From positions 1 through 64,000 of the forward strand of contig CAUYUJ010000117.1 of NCBI GenBank assembly GCA_963575745.1: a DNA stretch of 64,000 bases, read 5' to 3'. Positions 1 through 11,217 of the stretch are shown here, piece after piece; position 1 is the first letter of the stretch, and each line of letters begins with the position of its first letter. The notes under the pieces were generated by a model. It ran no database searches and was not told where the DNA came from. It saw only the letters and a list, made by a program, of their open reading frames with translations. The translations under genes were made by a program, and so were the position numbers. The stretch is from Prorocentrum cordatum (lineage: Eukaryota).

Positions 1-39
1 CATCACCATTTATGAATAGAATACTGAAGTCTTGGCAAC

Positions 40-520
40 AGTTTCGCACATGGAGAGCGGGTAATTTTCAACATGTGGCTCTCGCCTGAGCGCCGCGCAC
101 ATTCCTTGTGAACATGTGCAAGGATTTCACGGATTGAGGGCGGATGGTTTTACACATGTGGCTCTCGCCTTTGCGCCCATCCATTGTGAACATTTGCAAG
201 AGCTTCACGGGTTTGAGGGCGGGTGGTCCTCAAAATGTGGTCCTCGCCTTAGCGTCGCGCACACTCGTCTCGAACAGTGGCAAGAGCTTCACGGATTGAA
301 GGCGGGTGGTTTTCAACATGCGGCTCTCGTCTTAGCGCCGCGCACATTCGTTCTAGCAAGAATGTCAAGAGCGTAACGGATTGAGGGCGGGTGATTTTCA
401 AAATCTGACTCTCGTCTTAGCGCCGCGCACATTCGATTGTTAACATTTGCCAGAGTTTCACGCATTGAAGGCGGTTCGTTTTCAAAAGGTGGCTCTCGCC
501 TTAGCGCCGCGCACATTCGT
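40..520. repeat. Degenerate tandem repeat, ~83-bp unit (core GTGGCTCTCGCCTTAGCGCCGCGCACATTCG), about 6 copies
   Basis: Core motif recurs near 78, 161, 240, 323, 407 and 492, with diverged but alignable linkers. Confidence 0.85.
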
Positions 521-1042
521 TTCTCATGGTTCGCGTACTAGAAATGATATTTTGGAGCCACCCACGATTGTCAGTGTGTAGCAGCTGCGTTGATTCGCGG
601 TGTTGAAGTCCCAGACATGGTGTTCTGGCACGATTCAGGATCGCCAAGACGTAACTGTCAGGTTAACTCGTGGCGTTGAAATCCTGGGAATGGTGTTTTG
701 GTGTGCTTCAAGATGTCCACACGGTTGTCCCCCCATGGGGCAATTCCCTCAGTGGAGGATGGCCCCTCGTCCTGTGAAGAGGGATCTTGGAGGCAGGGTG
801 TATTTCAACATCGCTGAAGAGTCGTGGATTTGAACTGGTCCTCCTCCTCCTCATCATCCTCCTCCGCCTCCTCCCTGCCAGAGATTGTGTCCCACCGTGG
901 CCAGTCGTCGCTAATCTGCGCCGACCTCCTCCTACTCCTCCGCCTCCTCTTCCTCCCTGCTCCCTGTTCCCTGCTCCCTCCTTCTCTACGTCCTCCTCCT
1001 CCTCCTCCTCCTCCCTCCCCCTCCTCCTCCTCCTCCTCCACA

Positions 1043-1620
1043 ATTACTCAATATGAATACTACTCTCCCTCTTCCCCTGATGACGGTTTGAAAGTGTCCG
1101 ACCCCCCCACCCCCGCGTACTGTTTTTTTACACAGGTTTCCCCGGAGTTGGGTTTTCGCCTGCATTTTTTTCAAAATGCTGCTCTCGCTGAGGCGCCAGC
1201 CTCGTTTTCGGGCCCCGCTCGTTCCGAATCGTGCTCCCGCTGCAGCGCTGGCCTCATTTCCGTGCTTCCGCTCGTTCCGAATCGTGCTCCCGCTGCAGCG
1301 CTGGCCTCATTTCCGCGCTTCCGCTCGTTTCGACTCGTGCTCCCGCTGCAGCGCTGGCGTCATTTCCAGTGCCATGCCACGGCATGCAATGCAATGCTAG
1401 GTTGATACTGCGCTTTGCGGTGCTCTTCTACGCCATGCCATGCCGTGCTCTACAATGCATCGCGTACCCTTTCGGGATCATTGCCCTGCTCGACATCCGA
1501 CTGTGCGAGTAGAGAGGGGATCTGCGCCATGGGAAGGGATGGGAGGGAGGGGTAGGATGTCAGATATGACGCGAGCGCACCTAGCTTGCCCTCCTCCCCC
1601 TCTCCCTCCTCCCCCTCCCT
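1043..1620 (+). repeat. Dispersed non-coding element, copy 1, with 3 internal ~53-bp tandem units; inverted copy at 43130-43940
   Basis: Head 'tactcaatatgaatactactctccctcttcccc', units 'cgctcgttccgaatcgtgctcccgctgcagcgctggcctcatttcc' and tail 'gggagggaggggtaggatgtcagatatgacgcg' all occur reverse-complemented at 43130-43940. Confidence 0.85.
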
Positions 1621-2544
1621 ATGTTCTTCTGGCAGGGTGCTGTATTGCTGTTTGTTGGTTTCTTCAAGGCGAACACGGAGGAGGTTGTTAAGCTTGTTCT
1701 TATTCCAGCTATTGTTGGCTCTGAGACTTTCTGGTGGTTTGCCCTCCCAGGCGGTCGGCGTGCTAGGGGATGGTTTCCCTTCTGGCACACCGCCTGGGGT
1801 TCAGCGGCTCGCTACTCTGGTCTATGGTGGTGCCCTCCCAGGCGGTCGGCATGCCGGGGGCTTTTTTCTTCCCTGGTGGCACACCGCCTGGGGTTCAGCG
1901 GCTACTACATCGTGGGCTTCAAGTTCGAGGAACCTGAGGGTGCTGGGTATCACGGCATCGTCTTTACGATGCTGGCCCTTGTGCTCAATAATGGTGAGGA
2001 TTGCTGCCATACTTATCCTTCGGATTCGTCTTCAATGCCCACTTCGGCACACATATTCCCTTGTCAGTGTATTTCAATGTTCGCTTCAGCTTTGTATGTT
2101 AGTGGGAGTGTTGGTGTGACGGTCGCAGTCTTCTGGATTCAGTTGTGGGTGAGACGGGCGGCGTCAGTATTGCCTTCGGTCTGCATTGCTTCGCACTCGG
2201 GGGAGCTACCTGACGTCTTGATGGCGCACCTGTCATGTGGTGGCATCTTGTTCGAGGCTGTCCTTTCCCGCGGGCGTCGTCGCTTCAGGTCTCCATGGTC
2301 TTCGTCCACTGAGCTGGGGGAGGCGAGAGGTTTCGTTTAGGACAACGTCCTGGGACTCTTACTCCTACTCCCACTCCTCCTCCTCCTCCTCCTCCTCCTC
2401 CTCCCCCTCCTCCCTGCAACTGCCTCCTATATTCTTTGTCCTGGTAATTCCTCCTCCCTGTCGCACCCCGAGGCCGGTCGAACGGGCGGGCTGGGCGTTT
2501 CGCCTGAGACTTCCCCACCATTTATCATTCTGTAACTAAAACGT

Positions 2545-3270
2545 TACAGCAGCTTCACGGAAGGAGGGCGTGCCATTGTCAAAATGTGGCTCTTGCCCTC
2601 GCGCCGCGCAATCGTCGTTGCAGCAGCTTCACGATTGGAGGGCCACTTTGAAAATGTGGCTCTCGTCTTCGCGCCGCGCACATTCGCTTTAGAAGTTTGC
2701 TGCATCTTCGCAGATGGAGGGCGGGCCATTTTAAACATGTGGCTGTCGCCTTAGCGCCGCGTTCATTAGTCGCAAATGTTTGCGACAGTTTCACGGTCGG
2801 TTGGCGGGTGATTTTCAACATGTGGCTCTCGCCCTAGCGCCGCGCACATTCGTCCTAAACGTTTGCAGCAGTTTTGCGGATGGAAAACTGTGCCTTTTCA
2901 AACTGTGGTTTTTGCTTTAGCGCCGTGCGCATTCGTGTTAAGAGGTCACCGCGCTGTCAAGGATTGTCATGGTTAGCATTCGGAAAACGGTGCTTTGACA
3001 CGGTGTCGGACTGTCAGGGTGCAAACGTTGATTCGTGGTGTTGAAGTACCAGAAATGGCGCTCTGGCACGATTCTGGACCGTCAAAATGCAGCAGTCACG
3101 GTGATTCGCGGCTTTTGAGCCCCAGTTCCAGATTCTCAAACGGTTGGCTTCCAACGGGGCGCTCTCCCCCCAGTGAAGACGAATCCTTGCCGGTGCTTAT
3201 GAACAGAGGAACTTGTAGGGAGGGCTTATTGCAGAAACGCTATGTGAGCCTTGAGTTGATAACGCTCCTC
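2545..3270. repeat. Second ~83-bp array (2545-2940) plus a tail homologous to 590-830; a diverged duplicate of the window start
   Basis: Same core at ~2589, 2659, 2742, 2825 and 2907. Tail 'gtgttgaagtaccagaaatggcgctctggcacgattc' matches 'tgttgaagtcccagacatggtgttctggcacgattc' at ~601. Confidence 0.8.
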
Positions 3271-3531
3271 ATCCACCTCCTTCTCCTCCTCCTCCTCCTC
3301 CTCCTCCTCCTCCTCCCCCTCCTCTTCCCCCTCCCCCTCCCCCTCCCCCTCCCCCTCCTCCTCCTCCTCCTCCTCCTCCTTTTCCTCCTCCCCCTTTTCC
3401 TCCTCCTCCTCCCCCTCATCTTCGTCCCGTTGGCAGGGGGCGGCCCCCGACCCGCCAGCAAGAATGCCCAGGACCAGCTACAGGCAACAACAACAAGGAT
3501 GAGGGGGGGTGACGAGGGGCAGGAAGGACAG

Positions 3532-3666
3532 TAGGAGGAGGAGGAGGGAGAGAGGAGGAGGAGGAGGAGGAGAAGGAGGAGGAGGAGGAGGAAGAGGAAA
3601 ACGAGGAGGAGGAGGAGGAGGAGGAGGAGGAGGAGGAGGAGGAGGAGGGTGAGGAGGAGGAGGAGG
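3532..3666 (-). repeat. (TCC)n microsatellite forming the 3' tail or target of LINE-A
   Basis: GGA repeats on the + strand directly abut the LINE 3' UTR. Confidence 0.9.
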
Positions 3667-3765
3667 CTGCAAGAACGATGCCTGGCGGTCCCCGCCCCAG
3701 CTCGCCACAGGAGAAAAGGATGGGCGGGCACTCCGCCACGGGGTGCCGTCCCGCCCCGTCCTGCC

Positions 3766-6700
3766 TCAGTCCATGAGGCATTCCCAGAAAGCGTCGCACT
3801 CCTCCTGTACCAGGGAGCGCGGTACCGCTTCGAGGGAAACCTTCACTGCGTAAGGGTTCCTGCCTCGGCGCAGGAGCGAGAGGCGGTACCCTGCGGTGGG
3901 GTTCGCTGGGGCCGCAACGCAGGCGCCCAGGAGCTTGCACCCCCTCTCGCTCGAAAAGACACCGCACCGATCGCAGAATGTATACTGGCCCACGCGGTGC
4001 AACTCGTGCCCCAGGGCCGCTCCACGGAGGGCGGGAGAAATGTCTCCTTCCCCTTCCCCCCGCCCCAGCCCGACTCCCCAACGACGATCCACCCTCATCT
4101 TACCCAGGCAGGGTCTGCGCGCCAACGCGCGCCTGGTCTTGCTGGAGAAAGCCTTGCGGCCACACGTCGAGCAACGCCACGCCCCCCTCCTCCAGAGGAG
4201 GACGTGGGCTCGGGCCCCCTCGGGCGGCCCTTGCCGCCGTCGGCGGGCCCCGCTGGAGCCCGCGGCAGGCCTCCCCGTGGAATCCCCGAAATCCGCCGTC
4301 AGCCCCGTCACCCCCGCCACCAGAGTCAACACCGCCTGGACCTCCGCCGAGCGGGTGGTCCAGGTCTGGGCCTTCCACGGGGGGACCTCCTGCATGTCGG
4401 CCCCTAGGCGGGCCTCATTATCTGCCAATTGATTCCCTTGAAAATCGAGAAGGCTTTCGTGCGAGTCATCGTTTGGCCCGCGAGCATGGGCCTTTACCTT
4501 GGCGGCCTGGAAGTCGCCTTCTTGGCTGAAACTATCCTGGAGCTGGGCCCAGATCCTGCCCCGGAGGTCGGCGTGAGGCCTCCGAGGGCTGCAGCACCAG
4601 CGGGGACCTCTACGGAGGCCTCGAATGACTGAACTGTTGTCGATCCCTACCCTCAGCGGAGGGTGGGCGCTATACAGCAACTCGAGCAATCCATACAATT
4701 CAGCACGGAGGACGGAGGCGAGGCCACGCAGCCCTGGGAGGGTACCCCGCATGGCCTTGACAGCCCCCCCGTCCTGGTCCAGGAAAACGAAGCCCCAACC
4801 GAAACTCTTGAGCCCTGGTGGGCCTCTGGCCGATCCGTCGGAGTAGGCCCGCCCTGAGACCAGCGGGGGATTCACAAAATCGGGGTTTTCATCCTCCAGG
4901 GCAGAAATCCAATCAGACTGCGGGTCCTCCAGGGGGTGCTCGTGAAGCCCACGGGAGAAGAGGAGGGAATCCGAGGAGGAGGATTCAGCACGATGCACGA
5001 TCCCTTGGAGGCCCTCAACCTCGGCGACGGTGGCTCTCGCAGCTCCCCGGTCTGGGCAGCAACAGAAACGATGGTGCTGACATCCGACTTCAGCGCCACA
5101 GGTTTGACAGGACCTGTCGTCCCCGAAACCCGCGCGCCAGACCTTTTCCTGGGTCCAGAAGTCTCGGCCTATGTAGGCCAGGATAGCCGATCGCCTCTGC
5201 GGCGATCGGTTAGCCTTTCGCCGAAGGAGAGCCCGAATAGGCTCGAGGAAAGGACGGGTGATTCCGAGGTCCCTGGAAGCCGCCCACGAGGTCATTACCG
5301 CAAATTCCAAACGGGTCCAGATCAGCTTCTTGAGACACTGCGGTGCCGTCCTACGCAACTCCCAGTGCTGCCCGAGATGGTCGGAGAAAACGTGAGGGGC
5401 AGGCCGCGTCCACGAGAGGAGATGGAGTGTGGCCCAGACGGCGGAGGCAGGTCCTTTTATCTGTCTCCAGGGGTTGCTCCCAGGCTTGGCGGCAGCGGCC
5501 GCCGCAACAGCTCTGCGCCACCCCGCAGCCATGATCTCATCATGGTTGCCAGCAAAGATAGCCTCCGCCCATTTGAGCAGCGGCTTCGTGCAAGCGTCGG
5601 CCAGGGGGTCGCAGCGAAGCGTCCACAGGCGCAGCAGTCGGTCCTTACCGATTGCGTTCCCGCCCAGCGCTGAAGCCATGAGAGCCCTCGCTCGGGTGAG
5701 CCGAGTCGGGTCCATTCCGAGGCAGACCGCCCCATACAGCACAGAGGGGAGAAATCCCATACGCGCAACTTGAAAGGTGCGCGCGCCCTGCTTGCCGAGA
5801 CTCGATAACTTACTTCTACGTCGCCGAGCGCTCCCCATCCTGGCATCGGCTCTGGCGCGCAGCGACGCAACTCCTCCTCCCGCCGAATCAACTCCGAGCT
5901 GCGTGCTGTTGGCCTGGACCTCCAGTCCAAGGCTGTGGGCCCAGCCTTTGATGCGGGCTCGCAGGGGGCGCTGCGCTGTCATGATGAACCCCTTGCCCTT
6001 CGGCTTGTCTGGTCGGACCCTGGAGACGGGGATCCCACGGGCCTCCATTTCTTCTATATACTGGGTCGTGGCCGCATGCAGCGAGGCCGAGACATCCGCC
6101 TCCGCACCTCGCGCCTGAATGCTTAAACCATCGACAAATAGCTTCAGCTGCATGGCAGGGTGCTCTTGCGCCAACCCGTCTACAACTGACAAGATGGCTA
6201 GCTTGAGGCATCTCGTGCCCCCCGCTGCTGCCAGCAACGACTGCAGAGACTGTGGTGACCGAGTGCACCGACACCACGCCGCGGAACGAAACAAAACGCG
6301 TGGCTGTGTATATTGAGATCAGGAGCTTCAAAAGCTGCAACCGAAACTGATGCTTGGGCGCCTCGGCCCACAGCAAGCACATCGTGACATGCTCGAACGC
6401 CTTCTCAAGGTCTAGGACCGCCGTGCCCGTCACCTCCCCAGGTTGGGCTCCTTCGTCGAACAACATTTGCTGCCATATCGCTTCCTCTGAGCCCCCGCCT
6501 GGCGCCGCGAAGTCGTAGTCCCGTCGAATCTCCCGCTCCCAGTCGTGGGGCTGGTGCGAGTGCGCGCGCTCCACCAGCCGCGCGGCAGTGGTGAGGGGGC
6601 CGATGGGCCTAGTCCCCCCACCCTGCTTGGCCAATAGAAAATACATCACGTAGCGCAGCTGGGGGGGCCACCTGGCCGTGCGCGACACATATGCGACGAA

Positions 6701-9492
6701 GGCGGCCAGGAACGCGAGCCCTTCGTCCCCCAAGCTCGCGAACCACCTGGGGTGCCAGTTGTCCACCCCGACCCCCGTGTGCTCTGGGAAGGCCCTGCAT
6801 ATGGACCTGATGTCGTCCGCTGTCGGCTCGACCATGCTATGCTCGAAAGTGGTCGCCTCCCAAGGCCGAGGGAGCTCGCCTCGGCTCTGGGCGCCGTGGG
6901 AGGTCCAGAGGTCGATCCACTTCAGCGCCTCCAGGTCCACCGCGGCCTGTGGACAGGTCATGTCCAGATTGGTGTGCCCTCGGGCCCCGAGCGTGGGGTC
7001 GACCCCCTGGCGCCACTTCGACATGCGGTGGACGAAACCTGCGCCTCCTTGTGAGCCGTCCTTGAGCCTCTGCCGCCACGCCTTGGCCCTCTGGTCTCGG
7101 AGGCCCTGCTCGATGACGTGGGCCTGCTGCGTGGCCCGACGCTGCAGCTCCATCGCCCTGGGGGCGTCCTCCCAGAGCGCGTCGCCGTCCCAGGTGAGGT
7201 CGCCCAGCGATAGGAGCTCGGCGTGCACGGCCTTGGCGTCGTCGCCCAGCGCGTCGCACCAGCGGGCAGCACCATGGTGGAGGCGTCTGCGCAGGCGCCG
7301 CCACTGGTCGGCAAACGGCTGCCAGTCGCGCCGCTGGCGGGCCGCCTGCGCCAGCCAGACGATGTCCCCGACGCGGCTGGCCACCCGGCGCCATGCCCTG
7401 GAGCGCGTGGTGCCCCTGGGCCTCGCATGCGCCTCTGGGCCTGCGATCGGGGCTCTGGCCCATCGAGGGTGCCCCCCCTGCCAGTGTAGTCGGCCTCGCC
7501 AACGAGGTCGTGGATGCCCTGCAGGTCGTGCTCGGCCGCCGCCGAGAACTCAGCCCACAACTCCTCCAGCTCGGCGTCGCTGTAGCTTGCTCCGCTGTCG
7601 AGGATCGGCCAGGCTGGAGGCTCCCGACGACAGCCCACGGGGAGGCGAGTCGGGAAAGCACGGGGCTTGACCAGCCTCCAGCCTAGCCGCTCCCGCAGCG
7701 GCCTCTCCGCCGCGATGGCGGCGGGGCTGTGCGGGGCGGTGGGCGCGTCGAGCACCTCCGCTGCACCGAAGGCTGACGCGATGCGCGTGTCCACCACGAA
7801 GTAGTCGATGACCCTCCCGCCTCCCTTGCCTTGGCAAGTGGGGGCGGCCGAGGAGAAGATGGTGCCCCCGACGTCGGCCACCCAGCCCGTGGCCATGAGC
7901 GTGTCGGGGGTGTTGTGGAAGTCGGCCTGGAGGACCCACGGGATGTCGCAGGCCCTCGCTAATTCTCCAATGGCGTCCAAGATGGACAGGTTGCGAACCG
8001 TCCAGCCCTCGGAAACCCAGAAGTAGGCGCTGAGGACCATGAGGCCACCACGAAGAAACCCAGGGGTCCAGGCCGCCACCAGCCTTCCTGGCGATCCTGG
8101 CGGCGAGAAGTCGAAGGTGTCCACGCCCTCGAGGTAGGTGAGGCCCACGCAACGTGGGGCGACGATCCCCACCCCTGCCACTCTGCCGCCACCTGGCCCC
8201 ACCGCCGCGGGAGCTAGGGCGACGGTGAGGTGCCTCTGGAAACAGCTGGCACTGATCTCGCCGACGTAGTCGCTGGTGAGGCGGTGCTCCTGAACCAGCA
8301 TGATGGTATTCCTGCCCAGCGGCATCTCGTCCAGATGGTCGACGAGGGTGCCCCAGGCGCTGCCGTTGAGGCCTCTGAGCACCATGCCAGGCTTTGCGTG
8401 GCGCCCCTTGCCTCGAGACCTGGGCCTCCAGTATCCCTCTCCCCAGCTGGGCTGCATCGGCCACCCCCACGTCGGGGGAGCCGAGCTGGGGGCGCTCGTG
8501 TCGAGAGGCGTCGACCACCCGCACGTCTGCGGCTCTCGGTCCCGCGAGCACATCGCTGATGGCATCGACCACCCGCCTGGCGGCGGCACCAGCGAGAGGG
8601 GCGCATGGGGGGAGGCATCGGCCACCCGCGCATCCGCGGCTCCCCACTCATGCGCCACTGGGGCCTCTTCTGAGGCGTTTGTGGCCGTGCTCAAGACTGA
8701 GCTGACATCCATGTCGGGCTTGGCGTGGCGCCCCTTGCCTCGTGGTCGGGAGTTCCAGTATTCCTCTCCCCAGCTGGGCTGCATCGGCCACCCCCCCGTC
8801 GGGGGGGCCGGGCTGGGGGCGCTCGTGCCGGGAGGCTTCGACCACCCGCACGTCTGCGGCCCTCCGTCCCACGAGCTCATCGCTGACAGCGTCGACCACC
8901 CGCCTGTCGGCGGCATCAGCGAGAGGGGCGCATGGGGAGAGGCAACGGCCACCCGCGCATCCGCGGCTCTCCACTCATGCGTCACTGGGTCCTCCTCCGA
9001 GGCGTCCGTGGCCGTAGTCGAGGCTGGGCTGACCCCCATGCCAGGCTTGGCGCGTCGCCCTCTGCCCCGCGACCGAGGCCTCCAGTAACCCTCTCCCCAG
9101 CTGGGCTGCATCGGCCACCCCCTCGTCAGGGGAGCCGAGCTGGGGGCGCTCGTGTGGAGAGGCGTCGACCACCCGCACGTCTGCGGCTCTCCGTCCCACG
9201 AGCACATCGCCGATGGCTTCGACCACCCGCCTGTCGGCGGCATCAGCGAGAGGGACGCACGGGGAGAGGCATCGACCACCCGCGCATCCGCGGCTCTCCA
9301 CGCATGCGTCTCTGGGGCCTCTTTCGTGGCGTCCGTGGCTGTGCTCGAGGCTGAGCTGCAGTCCAGCCGTCGGAGCCACGGCGCGAGCAGCTGGCGGCGG
9401 AGCGTGTCCGCGCCCCTGAGCGCCCGCCGCGCCCAGGTGCTTGAGGAGGAGCTGTCGCCGTCCCCGTCCAGGATGTCGAGGCCCTCCTCCAT
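3766..9492 (-). pseudogene. LINE-A ORF2 (repeat region, APE endonuclease, reverse transcriptase, RNase H, Cys-rich tail) with two frameshifts
   Basis: Split over ORFs 6958..11070, 5888..7384 and 3766..6294. Frameshifts fall in G runs at 7472-7478 and 6218-6223. The RT catalytic motif reads FVDG, not (Y/F)xDD. Start at ATG 9492 is a guess. Confidence 0.85.
8382..9360 (-). repeat. Three 327-bp (109-codon) in-frame tandem repeats upstream of the APE domain
   Basis: Unit starts at 8382, 8709 and 9036. Peptide AADARV..SLMPPTGGWS..QTCGWS..GWPMQPSWGE.YW occurs three times. Confidence 0.95.
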
Positions 9493-9763
9493 GGCTGGGA
9501 CGTGGGCGCTCGTCCCCACGATGAAGGCGACCCGCTTAGGCCCAGGCTGCCTCCGCCTGCTCGCCCTTCGGGGCAGCTCCTCCAAGTCGGGCGGAGGAGG
9601 CGCCCCCCATGTAGTGGTAGTGCTCGTAGAGGTGGTGGGGGTCGCCACGACCCCGTCGATGTCGGGTGGGACGGCTGGCGCTCCTCGCCTCCGCGCGGCA
9701 GTCTTGCCTCGGCCACGGCGTGGGCGCTGACGCCACCTTCGCCAGCCTCGCGGGGCTGGTCCT

Positions 9764-10891
9764 TCAAGCTGTGCTGGAGTCTTCGTCGGCCGCTGGGGGC
9801 TTGGCTGCTGCCCGCTCCAGGATCCTGGCTCGGACGTCCTGTGCCAGCTCGCGCTTAGTCCTGCCTGTGGCCCCCGCAGGAGCATTGGCGCCTGCAGCGC
9901 CGCCTCCGCTGGCTGCAGCAGCGTCGCGAGCACCGTCAGCGCCAGCAGGGGGAGGGGCTGGTGGCCCCGCTGTGGGGGCCGCCTTGGCCGCGGCCGCCAC
10001 TGGCTGCTTGCCGTCTGCGCCGCCTTTGCCTGCCGCCTTGCCTGGTGGCGCCGCTGAGGCGGGAGCTGCAGCGGCCTCTGGCGGGGGAGGCTCCGACCGA
10101 GCACTCTTGCTCTTGAGCCTGTCGCTGAAGGCCTTGAGGTCCGCTCGCATCGCGGCGAGCCCCTCTGCCGCTGGGCCGAAGTGCCTCTTGACCTCCGACT
10201 GGACCTGCTTGACGAACTGGCCCATCTGCTCCTCGTACTGGCGGTGCTCTTCAGGCGGGATGTCGAGTCCCTCCAGGTCGAACGCCTTGCCTGGCCGCAC
10301 GCTGAGGATATCCAGGTTGCCCTCGAGCAGCTGCGAGAGGTCCAGGGCTGGCGTGGGCCCCTCCGCAGGCGCGACGACCTTGGGCGCCGCTCGGGCGTAG
10401 GCCGCCTGGACCGCCGCCTCAGCGTCGGCGACCTCGAGGACCCAGGTCTCCCGCTGCTCCTTCTGGTCCTGCAGCCACTGCTCGCCCTCGGAGATGCTCT
10501 CGATGGTCCTCTTGAGCGCTGCTTCGGCCCTGCGGAGCCGCGCCTGGGCCTGGTTGAGGGCGACGTCTGGGTGCACGTCTGGAGGCTGCGCACGGGCGAG
10601 CGCCTCGAGGTGCTGGACAGCCTCTGCGTCGCCGTCGGGGAGGGTGGCCCGCAGCTGCTTGAGAAGCTCCTCGCGGCTCGGCTTGACTGACGGGCGACTG
10701 CGGCGCCGCGAAGAGGCGCCGCTGGGGCCCCAGGCGCCCTGCGGGGCTCGCTCTTGTGAGGTGGCTGGCTGCAGACCTCCCTTGCACTTGTAGCACTCCG
10801 ACCTGTTGGTCCAGTTCCACTTATATCCACATCCCCTGCACTTCGCACACTGGCTTCCAGTCTGCTGATCATCCTTCTCCCTGCGCCCCGT
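9764..10891 (-). CDS. LINE-A ORF1: RanBP2-type zinc finger + coiled coil + Ala/Pro-rich tail (~375 aa); start codon reads ACG
   Basis: CRGCGYKWNWTNRSECYKC motif followed by heptad-like ALNQAQARLRRAEAALKR. No in-frame ATG between the SL relic and the finger; ACG at 10891 would give M-GRREKDD. Confidence 0.75.
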   Translation of the reverse strand, partial: TGRREKDDQQTGSQCAKCRGCGYKWNWTNRSECYKCKGGLQPATSQERAPQGAWGPSGASSRRRSRPSVKPSREELLKQLRATLPDGDAEAVQHLEALARAQPPDVHPDVALNQAQARLRRAEAALKRTIESISEGEQWLQDQKEQRETWVLEVADAEAAVQAAYARAAPKVVAPAEGPTPALDLSQLLEGNLDILSVRPGKAFDLEGLDIPPEEHRQYEEQMGQFVKQVQSEVKRHFGPAAEGLAAMRADLKAFSDRLKSKSARSEPPPPEAAAAPASAAPPGKAAGKGGADGKQPVAAAAKAAPTAGPPAPPPAGADGARDAAAASGGGAAGANAPAGATGRTKRELAQDVRARILERAAAKPPAADEDSSTA

Positions 10892-11044
10892 GCGCGACCG
10901 TGAAGAACTGATCTCCTGCCCGACCAGTACAGTACAGGAGCTCCTCGGAGCGTGAACGAAAATGTGAGGGAGCCTGCCTTGCCCAGCAGGCCCCTGATGC
11001 GCGGGCCGAGCCTGCTGGGCAGGCCCCTGGTCCCTGCAAACCAC

Positions 11045-11070
11045 CTCGAGAAATGGTTTACTTGAGCCAA
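11045..11070 (-). other. Relict dinoflagellate spliced leader (TTGGCTCAAG, 11070-11061) followed by a possible second degenerate relic (CCATTTCTCGAG)
   Basis: Exact match to the last 10 nt of DinoSL (DCCGTAGCCATTTTGGCTCAAG), located precisely at the microsatellite/LINE boundary. Confidence 0.8.
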
Positions 11071-11185
11071 GGAGGAGGGGGAGGAGGAGGAGGAGGAGGA
11101 GGAGGAGGAGGAGGAGGAGGAGGGTGACGAGGGTGACGAGGAGGAGGAGGAGGAGGAAGAAGAGGAGGAGGAAGAGGAAGGTGAC

Positions 11186-11217
<32 letters not shown>

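Larger units (their letters stand above)
3667..11070 (-). mobile_element. LINE-A: full-length non-LTR retrotransposon (ORF1 + APE-RT-RNase H ORF2) flanked by (TCC)n, with a relict spliced leader at its 5' end
   Basis: Domains in order on the minus strand: RanBP2-type Zn finger ORF1; APE (LVQEH, QADFHN, VIDYFVV, APHSP); RT (AKQGGGTRPIG, LDLEKAFEHV, VVAGS, FVDG); RNase H (YSDGS, RAEL, IDN, KVKAH, GNQLAD); C-terminal Cys motifs. Confidence 0.95.

Noticed and set aside
40..520. Repeat-spacer array
   Set aside because: The linkers align to one another, so this is a degenerate tandem repeat.
3420..3460. Candidate next TSP1 exon (AAPCQRDE, minus strand)
   Set aside because: No AG acceptor before it and no usable donor.
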